A stretch of 20,457 nt of DNA from an uncultured Oligoflexus sp. (GTDB taxonomy: Bacteria > Bdellovibrionota_B > Oligoflexia > Oligoflexales > Oligoflexaceae): the NCBI GenBank assembly GCA_964236955.1, contig CAXSGP010000003.1:88459-108915 (forward strand), written 5' to 3'. Below the pieces are notes generated by a model that was given only the letters and a program-made list of their open reading frames with translations, was not told where the DNA came from and made no database searches. Position numbers and translations under genes: made by a program. This document shows, piece by piece, positions 1-9,400 of this stretch; positions within the stretch are counted from its first letter, which is position 1, and each line of letters starts with the position of its first letter.

Positions 1-532
1 AGCTGGCGGTTACGGCGAAAGCGTTGAATCCCCGTATAAGCACATCACCGAGGAGAGGAGTCCGGCTAAGTGTTAGCGCCAAAGGAAAGGATTTCGCCTC
101 AGGCAACGGGAAGCCGGATGTATTCATAAGGACGAGGCGCTTGACGAGGGAAGGATTACGAGCGGCAAAACTGAGGCCGATCATTCCACCCCAATCGTGA
201 AGGATGAGAGTGAGATCCTTCAGACCCAGATGTTTAACAAGCTGCTCGACGTCCTCGACGCGCTGGGCCAGCCGATAATTGTAGGAATCATCATCAGGTT
301 TGTCCGAATAGCCACAGCCTATATGGTCAGGAACCACGACTCGGTAGCGATTGCGCATCCGACCGACCAGGTTTCGGTAATAAAAGGACCAAGTGGGATT
401 GCCATGCAAGCAGAGCAAGCTTTCCCCGCTGTGTGGGCCTTCATCGAGATAATGCATCCTGGCCTTATGCGGCAACGTAAAATATTGGCCTTCGAAGGGA
501 TAGAGTTTTTTGCTGACTTCGATGTTTACCAT
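1..532 (-). CDS. oleB: OleB beta-lactone decarboxylase (haloalkane-dehalogenase-like alpha/beta hydrolase), truncated by the left window edge
   Basis: Not in the ORF track. Hand translation from ATG at 532: MVNIEVSKKLYPFEGQYFTLPHKARMHYLDEGPHSGESLLCLHGNPTWSFYYRNL...VVPDHIGCGYSDKP...LILHDWGGMIG...LVLMNTSGF, open to the edge. Has the HGNPTWS oxyanion motif and HDWGG Asp-nucleophile motif. Start overlaps the oleA stop (ATGGTAA, 526-532). Confidence 0.9.
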   Translation of the reverse strand, partial: MVNIEVSKKLYPFEGQYFTLPHKARMHYLDEGPHSGESLLCLHGNPTWSFYYRNLVGRMRNRYRVVVPDHIGCGYSDKPDDDSYNYRLAQRVEDVEQLVKHLGLKDLTLILHDWGGMIGLSFAARNPSLVKRLVLMNTSGFPLPEAKSFPLALTLSRTPLLGDVLIRGFNAFAVTAS

Positions 533-1566
533 TCTAGCCCCAACATAAGACAGTTAAGCCCACTGCCAATTCCTAGCCACCCGACTTGGTCTTGGCTTTT
601 CAGAAAACCTTTTTCATCGGCAATGGCTGCGGTCAGAGGCAGCGAGACCGTTCCCATGTTGCCGAGGTAGGGATAGGTTTCGTAATCTTTTGCAAACGGA
701 ATACCAAGCGCGTTTAAGACAGTTTTACGATGAGTCTGGCCGACCTGGTGCGAGATGATCTTATCGACGTGATCGGGGATCCATTGCATTTCCTCAAGCC
801 AAGCAGCCCAGGTTTTAAGTCCCAGAGTCACGCCTTGCTTCATGACCCCGATTGCATCGGTCGTCATAAACTGTTCGTAAACTGTTTGGCGTAATCGCTG
901 AAAGCCCCACCGGCATAAGTCGTGCTGGCGACTGTCATTTTTGGCGACGCCGCCGAGCAGGCGATGGGCTTTGCCCAGCTTAGGATCGCTACTGATGACG
1001 ATAGCCACTGCCCCTGAGCCGCCAGTGAAAGTGGCCAGGCATTGCTTTAAAAAATCCATATCAGGATTTTTCAGAAGTTTTTGCAAGGTGTCTTCATTGA
1101 TATCGCGGGACGATTCACAGGAAACGACCATGCCTATGGAAGCCTGTCCCAAGGCAATGCGATTGGCAACATCAATCATGCCATTCAATGCCCCTACGCA
1201 AGCGTTGCTTAAATCATAAAGAGTCGCATCTGGACTCAAACCCAGTTCTGAACCGATGCGACATGCCGTAGCCGGTTCTTGGTAGTCACGACACACACCT
1301 GTATAGACTAGTACATCGATCTCGTCAGCACGGATACCCAAACCGTCAAGGGCTTTAGCAGCAGCTGCTAAAGCGCCATCGCTCACTTTGAAAGAGCGGG
1401 GCCACCAGCGTCGTTCGCGGATGCCGGTAAGGGCTTCCAGTTGACCCATGGGAATATGGAGAGCTTTATAAACAGGCGTCAGTGCGTCTTCAATGGAAGC
1501 CGTCGTAACCACTTCATCAGGCAGATCATAGCTCAAAGCGTTGACGTAAACATTCTGATAGCGCAT
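526..1566 (-). CDS. oleA: OleA, thiolase-fold/FabH-like head-to-head Claisen condensing enzyme of olefin biosynthesis
   Basis: Catalytic Cys-His-Asn (DLSNACVG, ISHQVG, LGNMG), EPATA Glu motif, LTGIRERRWW, C-terminal GIGSGLNCLMLGLEW, and coupled to an oleB-like gene. ATG at 1566 chosen over the TTG at 1569. Confidence 0.9.
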   Translation of the reverse strand: MRYQNVYVNALSYDLPDEVVTTASIEDALTPVYKALHIPMGQLEALTGIRERRWWPRSFKVSDGALAAAAKALDGLGIRADEIDVLVYTGVCRDYQEPATACRIGSELGLSPDATLYDLSNACVGALNGMIDVANRIALGQASIGMVVSCESSRDINEDTLQKLLKNPDMDFLKQCLATFTGGSGAVAIVISSDPKLGKAHRLLGGVAKNDSRQHDLCRWGFQRLRQTVYEQFMTTDAIGVMKQGVTLGLKTWAAWLEEMQWIPDHVDKIISHQVGQTHRKTVLNALGIPFAKDYETYPYLGNMGTVSLPLTAAIADEKGFLKSQDQVGWLGIGSGLNCLMLGLEW

Positions 1567-1943
1567 CAATTACCATGGTTAGAGAGGGGCGACTCCCCTT
1601 CACTACGGGTCGGGAAGCCGGTGAGAGTATGCCTTCGAGGAGCGACTTGGGCGGAATGTTAACAAGTCAGGCTCTTTGCTGCTAGCTAAAAAAGGACAGT
1701 CCTTATAAGCTCCAATCCGTAGTTTTGTAGCATTCCTTGACGCTACGTAGCAAATGATATAAAGCCAATTGGACAGGATTGGAACGGTAATGGCCAAGCT
1801 CTTTTAAGAAAGCATGGGAAAGAAGCGAAAAACTCGTCGTCATTCACGGGATTTCATCATAGAAAAGTCCTTTAATTTTATTCATGAGCTGTGAAAGTCT
1901 GATGTTTGGGGTCACACCATGCTGGCCTTTGCTGGAGATACAT
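1567..1943. promoter_or_regulatory. Divergent promoter region between oleA and pfaD
   Basis: About 375 bp non-coding between head-to-head genes, with several short palindromes (1692-1704, 1742-1751, 1765-1772). Exact -10/-35 elements not assigned. Confidence 0.55.
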
Positions 1944-3470
1944 ATGAGCGTACCGCAGGCGGACAGCGTGCTGTCCATCCACCAGGATCTCGATTTTCAT
2001 AGCGTCGAGGGTCAACGCATCTTCGTGCCTGGTATGGACTTGAAGAATTGGGGTGACAGCAGCTTTGCTCTGGCCCATGGGCTTCGCTTTTCCTATATGG
2101 CGGGCTCCATGGCCCATGGCATTTCAAGCGTGGAACTCGTCAAGGCCATGGCCCGCGAAGGCATGCTTGGGGCTTTCGGTGCCGCCGGCCTTAATCTCAA
2201 TACTGTTGAATCCGCTATCCATACTCTACAAGAGCAACTCGGTGATCAGACCTTTGCCGTCAATTTTATTCATAGCCCTCAAGAGCCACTTATCGAAGAA
2301 CGGCTCTGTGATCTTCTGCATAAAAAACATGTTCATCTTATCGAAGCTTCAGCCTTCATGCGAATCAGCAAAGCGCTGGTGCGCTATCGGGTCAAGGGAT
2401 TGACAAAAGGCATCGACGGGCGCATCAAAAGCCCCCAGCGGATCATTGCCAAAGTTTCGCGAGTGGAATTGGCGAGACATTTTTGGTCGCCGGCGCCCCT
2501 TTCTATGCTTGATGCCCTGCTTGCCGAAGGCGCTATCACGGCGATGGAACATGAGTTGGCGCAACGCATTCCCCTGGCTCAGGATCTTACCGTTGAAGCT
2601 GATTCGGGCGGGCACACGGACAATCGTCCCCTGGTGACTCTCCTGCCCCAGATGATTCTGCTTAAAGCTGAGATGGAAAAACACTTTGCCTATCAGGAAA
2701 AGCTAAGGGTTGGCGCCGCAGGCGGGATTGCCACGCCGCACGCCGCGCTTGCCGCACTCGCCATGGGCGCCTCCTATATTGTGACGGGAACGATCAATCA
2801 GGCCTGTATCGAATCCGGGACAAGTGCAGAGGTCCGAAAGCTCCTTGCGGAGACCCAGCAGGGCGACCTCATTATGGCCCCGGCTGCCGACATGTTTGAG
2901 ATGGGTGTCAAACTCCAAGTCTTAAAGCGCGGTACGATGTTTCCCATGCGTGCTCAGAGACTTTATGAACTCTATCGGCAGTTTCCTGATCTCGAAAGCA
3001 TTCCCGATAAAGAACGCCGAACTCTTGAAGAGACTTATTTCCGTATGCCCCTCGAAAAGGCCTGGGATGAAACCAAACGCTTTTTTGAGGAGCGTGATCC
3101 GACTCAGGTCGTGGCCGCTGCCAAGAACCCAAAACATAAGATGGCATTGGTTTTTCGCTCCTACCTCGGTCAATCGTCGCACTGGGCGAATCGTGGTGTG
3201 GTTGATAGAAAAATTGACTATCAGATTTGGTGTGGGCCGGCGATGGCCGCTTTCAACGAGTGGGTGAGGGGAAGTGCAATCGACCCGCTCAACGAACGAC
3301 GGGCAGCAGTTGTAGGACTTAATATCATCTACCTCTCAGCGGTACTGAATCGCGTGAGACAGCTGGAATTCCAAGGCATCCGCATGCCTGAGCAGGACAA
3401 TATCATGAAGCCTCTCAGCGAGCCGAAATTACGTTGCCATTTGGAAGCCGGGAAAGGCAGTTCACGATGA
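1944..3470 (+). CDS. pfaD: PfaD-type (FabK-like, FMN-dependent) enoyl reductase of PUFA synthase
   Basis: Motifs YMAGSMAHGISS, EASAF, TVEADSGGHTDNRP, GAAGGIATP, KRGTMFPMRA, DYQIWCGPAM. Start set at ATG 1944, preceded by GGAGATACAT; the track start at 1884 has no SD. Confidence 0.93.
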   Translation: MSVPQADSVLSIHQDLDFHSVEGQRIFVPGMDLKNWGDSSFALAHGLRFSYMAGSMAHGISSVELVKAMAREGMLGAFGAAGLNLNTVESAIHTLQEQLGDQTFAVNFIHSPQEPLIEERLCDLLHKKHVHLIEASAFMRISKALVRYRVKGLTKGIDGRIKSPQRIIAKVSRVELARHFWSPAPLSMLDALLAEGAITAMEHELAQRIPLAQDLTVEADSGGHTDNRPLVTLLPQMILLKAEMEKHFAYQEKLRVGAAGGIATPHAALAALAMGASYIVTGTINQACIESGTSAEVRKLLAETQQGDLIMAPAADMFEMGVKLQVLKRGTMFPMRAQRLYELYRQFPDLESIPDKERRTLEETYFRMPLEKAWDETKRFFEERDPTQVVAAAKNPKHKMALVFRSYLGQSSHWANRGVVDRKIDYQIWCGPAMAAFNEWVRGSAIDPLNERRAAVVGLNIIYLSAVLNRVRQLEFQGIRMPEQDNIMKPLSEPKLRCHLEAGKGSSR

Positions 3471-6400
3471 GTCCGAGCGAAAATCTCTCCAGCCTCGAAT
3501 CCCGGTCCCCTTCGACTGATATCGCCGTTATAGGGTTGGGATGCATGTTTCCCGATGCTGCCGATTTAAAAGAATTCTGGGGCAACATCGTTAAAGGACG
3601 CGATTCCATTAAGCCGATTCCTGTCACGCATTGGCGACCCGAAGATTATTTTGATAGCGATCCTAAAAAAGCCGATCATACCTATGCGCAAAGCGGTGGA
3701 TTTCTAAGGCCCTATGCTTTTGATCCCTTAAAATTTGGTATTGCGCCGCACGCTATCGAGGCAACCGATACCTCGCAACTGCTCGGCATGGTTTGCGCCC
3801 ATGAAGCCCTTATCGATGCGGGCTATGGTCCTGACAAAGCTTTTAATCGTGATAAAACCTCTTGTATCATAGGCGTAACAGGGAGCCTTGAGCTGGTGAT
3901 TCCACTGGGAGCAAGGCTTGGCCATCCCGCGTGGAAACGCGCCTTGAAAAATGCTGGTGTCGCTGACGCTGTTGCGGCCCAGGTTATACAGGAGATCGCT
4001 GACTCCTATGTGCCTTGGCAGGAGAACTCATTCCCCGGTCTCCTCGGGAACGTCGTAGCGGGTCGTATTGCCAGCCGACTCGATCTCGGTGGTAGCAACG
4101 CAGTCGTCGATGCAGCGTGTGCGAGTTCTCTCGCCGCTTTGCATATGGCGACGATGGAACTCGAATCAGGCCGTGCCGATATGGTTATTACCGGCGGTAT
4201 AGACACGTTTAACGATATCTTTATGTATATGTGTTTTAGCAAGACGCCAGCCCTTTCCCCTACCGGACACTCACGTCCCTTCGATGCGGAAGGTGACGGT
4301 ACCAGTATCGGTGAAGGACTGGGCGCTATTATTTTAAAGCGCAGAGTCGATGCCGAACGTGATGGCGACAGAATTTATGCAGTTATCAAAGGGTTGGGAT
4401 CGGGTAGCGATGGTAAGGGCCAGGCTATCTATGCGCCTGCTGCCAAAGGTCAGGTTAAAGCTTTGTCGCGTGCCTATGCGACGGCAGGTATCGATAGCTC
4501 AACGATTGAACTCGTCGAAGCCCATGGCACAGGCACCCGCGTTGGCGATGGCGTAGAACTTGAGGCCTTGGCCCAGGTATACGGTGAAACTGAAGCCAAG
4601 CATTGTGTCATCGGCTCGGTAAAATCGCAGATCGGTCACACCAAGGCTGCGGCTGGTGCCGCTGGTTTGATCAAAGCTGTGATGGCTTTGTATAACAAAA
4701 TTCAGCCTCCCACTTTAAAGATTCGCACCCTTCATCCGACTCTCGCCAAAACTCCCTTTCTCGTCCTGGATCAGGCACGACCCTGGATTACACGTGGGGA
4801 TTACCCGCGTCGGGCGGCTGTTAGCGCCTTTGGTTTTGGAGGCAGCAATTTTCACTGCGTGCTGGAAGAACACAGTAAAACTGACAAGCCAGTGGTCTGG
4901 GATGATGAAACTATTCTCTTTACCTGGTCGGGTTCGGATCGAAACGAACTGCTCGCGGCATTCGAAGCCTCTTTTCAATTGATAAAAGCCGGCGACCTGG
5001 ATGTCGTAAATATTGCTGCCCGGCAGAGTCGTCGCAACTTTCAAGCAAAAGCGCAAGAAAGGTTAAGCGTATGGGCTCAAGGTTTGGAGCAATTGATTCA
5101 ACGTTGTCAGTCCTCCCGCACATTACTTCAGCAGGGCGGGGTTTTTTCGGGCGTCGCTTATTCGAATGCCAAGGCGCAAAGTGATTTGGCTATGGTATTT
5201 GCAGGGCAGGGGTCACAGGCACCCGGCATGTTGCGGGACTTGATGCTCGCCTTTCCCGAAACTCTCGCATGCCTTGAGCTGGGTTCACGCATTCTTTCCG
5301 AACATGAAACGATTGACGGTTATTCCCCTTCACTCATGGATTATATTTATCCCCCGCAATCCTTTCACGAGGACGAGCGGAAAAACCAACGTCAGGCTTT
5401 GACAGCAACCCGCATTGCGCAGTTGGCGCTGGGAACTTTGGGCGCCGCAGTCCTCATGATACTGAAGAGGTTTGGGGTCAAAGCCACTTCAGTTGCGGGG
5501 CATTCCTATGGAGAGCTTCTTGCTCTCTATGCGGCTGGAGTCATGAAATTGGAAGACCTGCTGCGGGCCAGCTATCAGCGTGGGCTATTGATGGAAAAAG
5601 CCGGTCGTACAGGTGGCGGAATGCTTGCGGTTATGGCTGATGCGGAACGGATTCAGCAGATTCTGGTTGCCGAAGGTTTTCAGGCGAAAATCGCCAATTA
5701 CAATGCCCCGCAGCAGGTCGTCGTGGGCGGAGCGATCGGTGAACTTGAAAAACTAAAATTAATTCTTCGTGGCCTAAAAATCACGGCGAAGAGTCTGGAA
5801 GTCAGTACTGCCTTTCATACCGATTATGTCAGCGACGCTTCGGCTGCGTTTGATAAGTGGCTGGCCGAACATGTCAAATTTCAAGCCCCCACTATTCCGG
5901 TCTATAGCAACATGCTGGCCGAGCCGTATCCCTTGGAAAAGTCTAGGGAAACCCTGAGTGGGCAGCTCGGCGCTCCGGTCCATTTTCATGCGATGCTGCA
6001 GGCGATCCGCGAAAAGAATCAGGCGACACTTATTGAAGTGGGGCCTGGAAGTAAAATTCTTGGACTCTTAAAGGTGAGCGACAGCCAGGCTCTGACTTTG
6101 GATAGCGACAGTAAAAATGGACTACTGGGTTTAAGCGCCTTGCTTGGAGAACTTTCTGTCCAAGGGCATTCGCTTGATCTCACCCAATGGCACCCGGGTC
6201 GCGAGGATATGCCTTCACCCGCCAAAAAAAGTTTTACTGTTACTCTCACAGGCGCTAATTATCGCTCCAAAATATCAACGCCCTCGCCAGCCGTGGCTTT
6301 TATTGGCTCCAATCCTGAAGCTGAATCTAAACTGTCCAGGGCCTTTGAAGAAGAGGTTTCCACGCCACCGAAACCTTCCACTCCAAACATTAAACCAGTC

Positions 6401-9400
6401 GCCTCCGCCCTGGTTTCGCCAATGGTCACGGCAAGTCTCATACCAACCGCAAACGTATCGAAGCCCCTATCATCTGCCTTACATTATCCAGTTAAAAATG
6501 AGGTCTCCATGAGCTCGAAGAATAATCAGGACTGGTCGAATTTGGAACATATTCTAAAGGATATGCAGGAAGCCCAAAGAAAGACAACCGATGCTCATAC
6601 TCTTTTTCTGGAAAACCAGCGGCAGTTTCAGCAAATTTTGCGTGAAGCCCTGCTCGGTGGCGGACGAAATTCTGAGGCCTCTTCAGTCAGCGTAATAAGC
6701 CATGTGCCTTCGACGCCTCTACCTAGCCCCTCACCAGCAGTATCACAGCTTCCAACCCGTTCTCATGCAAAACGACCGGAAGTCGAAATTTCCCGGCCAA
6801 CGGCACCGGCCCAGAAGGCCCCCCTAAAAGCTGGCCCTAGTCCCGTAGTGCCGGTATCCAGGCCCCATGAAAGCGTTCGATCCGCGTCGGTGGCGGACGC
6901 CAGCAGGGCTCAGGATGCTGCCGCTGCTATTATGAAAATTATCGGGGAGGCGACCGGCTTTCCCGTAGAAATGCTGAATGCCGACATGCATCTGGAAAAT
7001 GATCTGGGCATCGATTCCATCAAAAAAGTTGAAATCTTTTCCCAACTGCAGGTCGCCCATCCCGGACTTGCCGCTGACGCGGACCGGATGAATGGGACAC
7101 AGACGATCGCCGAGCTCATCGCCTATGTTGCTCCTCACGAAAGCTCCGCCGCGATAGATAGGGAAGCCGAGACATCCGTTGAGGAACGCCAAGGCGCATG
7201 GTCCGCAAGCCCAATCGCATTTGTTGCGGGCAAGGCAAGTGAAGTCAAACACATTATCCTGTCGATTATTAGTGAAAAGACCGGCTTTCCGGTTGAAATG
7301 CTGGGCGACGAGATGGATTTTGAATCGGATCTCGGAGTCGATTCCATCAAAAAGGTCGAAATCTTCTCCCAACTGCAGGAGAAATTTCCCCACGTGCCTT
7401 TTCAGGCCGAGGCCTTGAATGAGCTTCATAAGATTTCCGATATCATGGACAGGATCCAAGGTCAGGGCAGATGGAGTGGGGCTCAGGTAGTCGATAAGAG
7501 CCCCGATGCCGCCCCTAATGACCTGCAGGCTATACTCTGGGATGTCATCGCTGAGAAAACCGGATATCCGGCGGAAGTCCTGAGCCTCGGCATGGACCTT
7601 GAGTCCGATCTTGGAATTGATTCGATCAAACGGGTGGAAATCCTTTCCGCGCTCACCGAACGACTGCCAAGGATCAAGGATCATGCAACGGCGGCCATTG
7701 GTACTGTCGAGGATCTTTTGCGCTTTCTGCAAGGAGGCGCCGAGCGGACGGCGGACGACGAAGGCCTTGCAGCCAGCCTCCTGAATCCTGAGCCCATGGA
7801 ATGGGATCTCAGCTCAAAAAAAAAACCTCAAATCGATGAATCGTTAATTTTTGAAACGACCGTTGACCTCGACTCGAAGATATCCTGCTGGAAGCTCAAG
7901 GCCGTCCCCTGGGCCGGCTTTGATCCAGCCCGGGAAATCAGGACTCACGGCGACATCTGGATAATCGATGATGGCAGCAGCCTGGCTCAAAGCCTTTGCC
8001 ATCAACTTCTGGAAAGAGGCTGTCAGGCTAAACTTGTCGCTCTGTCAAGCAGCGAAAGCCTTGCGCTTCCAGATGAACTTCAAGGTCTTTACATCCTGAG
8101 TCCTGCGCAGTTCGATCAGCAAGCGCAGCGCTGGTTGAAAAATTCTTACAAAGTCCTGAGGCGCTGCGCGGAATCGCTTCAAAAAAGCCAGGGATTTGTG
8201 GTTACGGTCAGCAGCCATGGTGGGCAATTTGGACTGGATGGGCTTGAGCAGCTGGCTCAAACCTATGCCGGTGGAACGACAGCCTTTATAAAAACAATCG
8301 CCGTCGAATGGCTGGGCGTGCATGCACGTGCCATCGATATGGGACTCGATTTCAGCGACAGCCTTGAGGCAGCCCGGCGCTGTCTCCTGGCATCGATGCT
8401 TCAAGGGCCTTTAGAAATCGGTGTGCAGCGGGATAGAATGTTTACCCTAAAGCTCGAAGAGGAGAGTTTCTCGGATCAATCGCCTCAGAAAATTCTTAAA
8501 CCCGGCGATACGGTTCTTGTCACGGGAGGAGCCCGGGGAGTGACTGCGGCGACCTTGATTGCGCTCGCGAAGCGTTATCCTGTCCGTTTTGTGATCTGGG
8601 GCCGAACGCCTCTTGGGGCACCCGAAGCAAGGGAAACGAAGGATCTTACCGATGCTGCGGCGATAAAACGTCAGCTTCTTTATCTTCAGCCGGAATTGAG
8701 CCACCCCAAAGACCTGGAGAAAGCCTATGGTCATCTCCTGGCGCAAAGGGAAACTCTTGCCACTTTTAGCGCTTTGAGAAGTTACGGGGCGGAAGTTATT
8801 TATCAGGTTGTCGATGTAAGTCATGATGCTGACATGCGTTTGGCCATGCAAAAGCTCAGCGAAAATTATCCTTCGATTGCTGGCGTTATTCATGGTGCAG
8901 GAGTCATTCGCGATAAGCTTATAGTGGATCAAAATGAAGAGGAGCTGCTGGAAGTACTCGATACCAAATTGCGGATATTACCCTTTCTTGAGCAGCTAGC
9001 CGAGCAGGGCGTGGCCTGGATGATACTCTTTTCGTCGTCCACGGCACGGCTCGGCCGCAAGGGGCAAGGCGCCTACTGCCTTGCGAATGAAATTCTCAAT
9101 CGTGCAGCCAGCTATCTAAGTACCCGGTATAATTGCCGAACATTGGCACTAAATTGGGGACCCTGGGATGGCGGTATGGTGCATGAGGGATTGAAAAAAC
9201 TATTTAGCAGCGAGGGACTCTCGACTATACCACTCACGCGGGGAGCCGCGCTGCAAACCTATCTTCTTGAACATCCATCACTTGGATCGGGGGAATGGCT
9301 GATACTTGGTGAAGGAGGTCGCGAGATTTTAGGGGATCAGATTGTAAAGCAGGAACGAGTTCTAGCGCAAAGAACGATCACGATCCAAGGTACACCCGTT

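Noticed and set aside
197..670. 157-aa plus-strand ORF
   Set aside because: Antisense shadow of oleB/oleA with no recognisable motifs.
1934..1946. GGAGATACATATG resembling a T7/pET RBS with an NdeI site (possible synthetic construct)
   Set aside because: No T7 promoter, lac operator or vector sequence nearby; consistent with a natural SD.
6824..7732. 302-aa minus-strand ORF with internal repeats
   Set aside because: Antisense of the pfaA ACP repeats; its periodicity is inherited from them.
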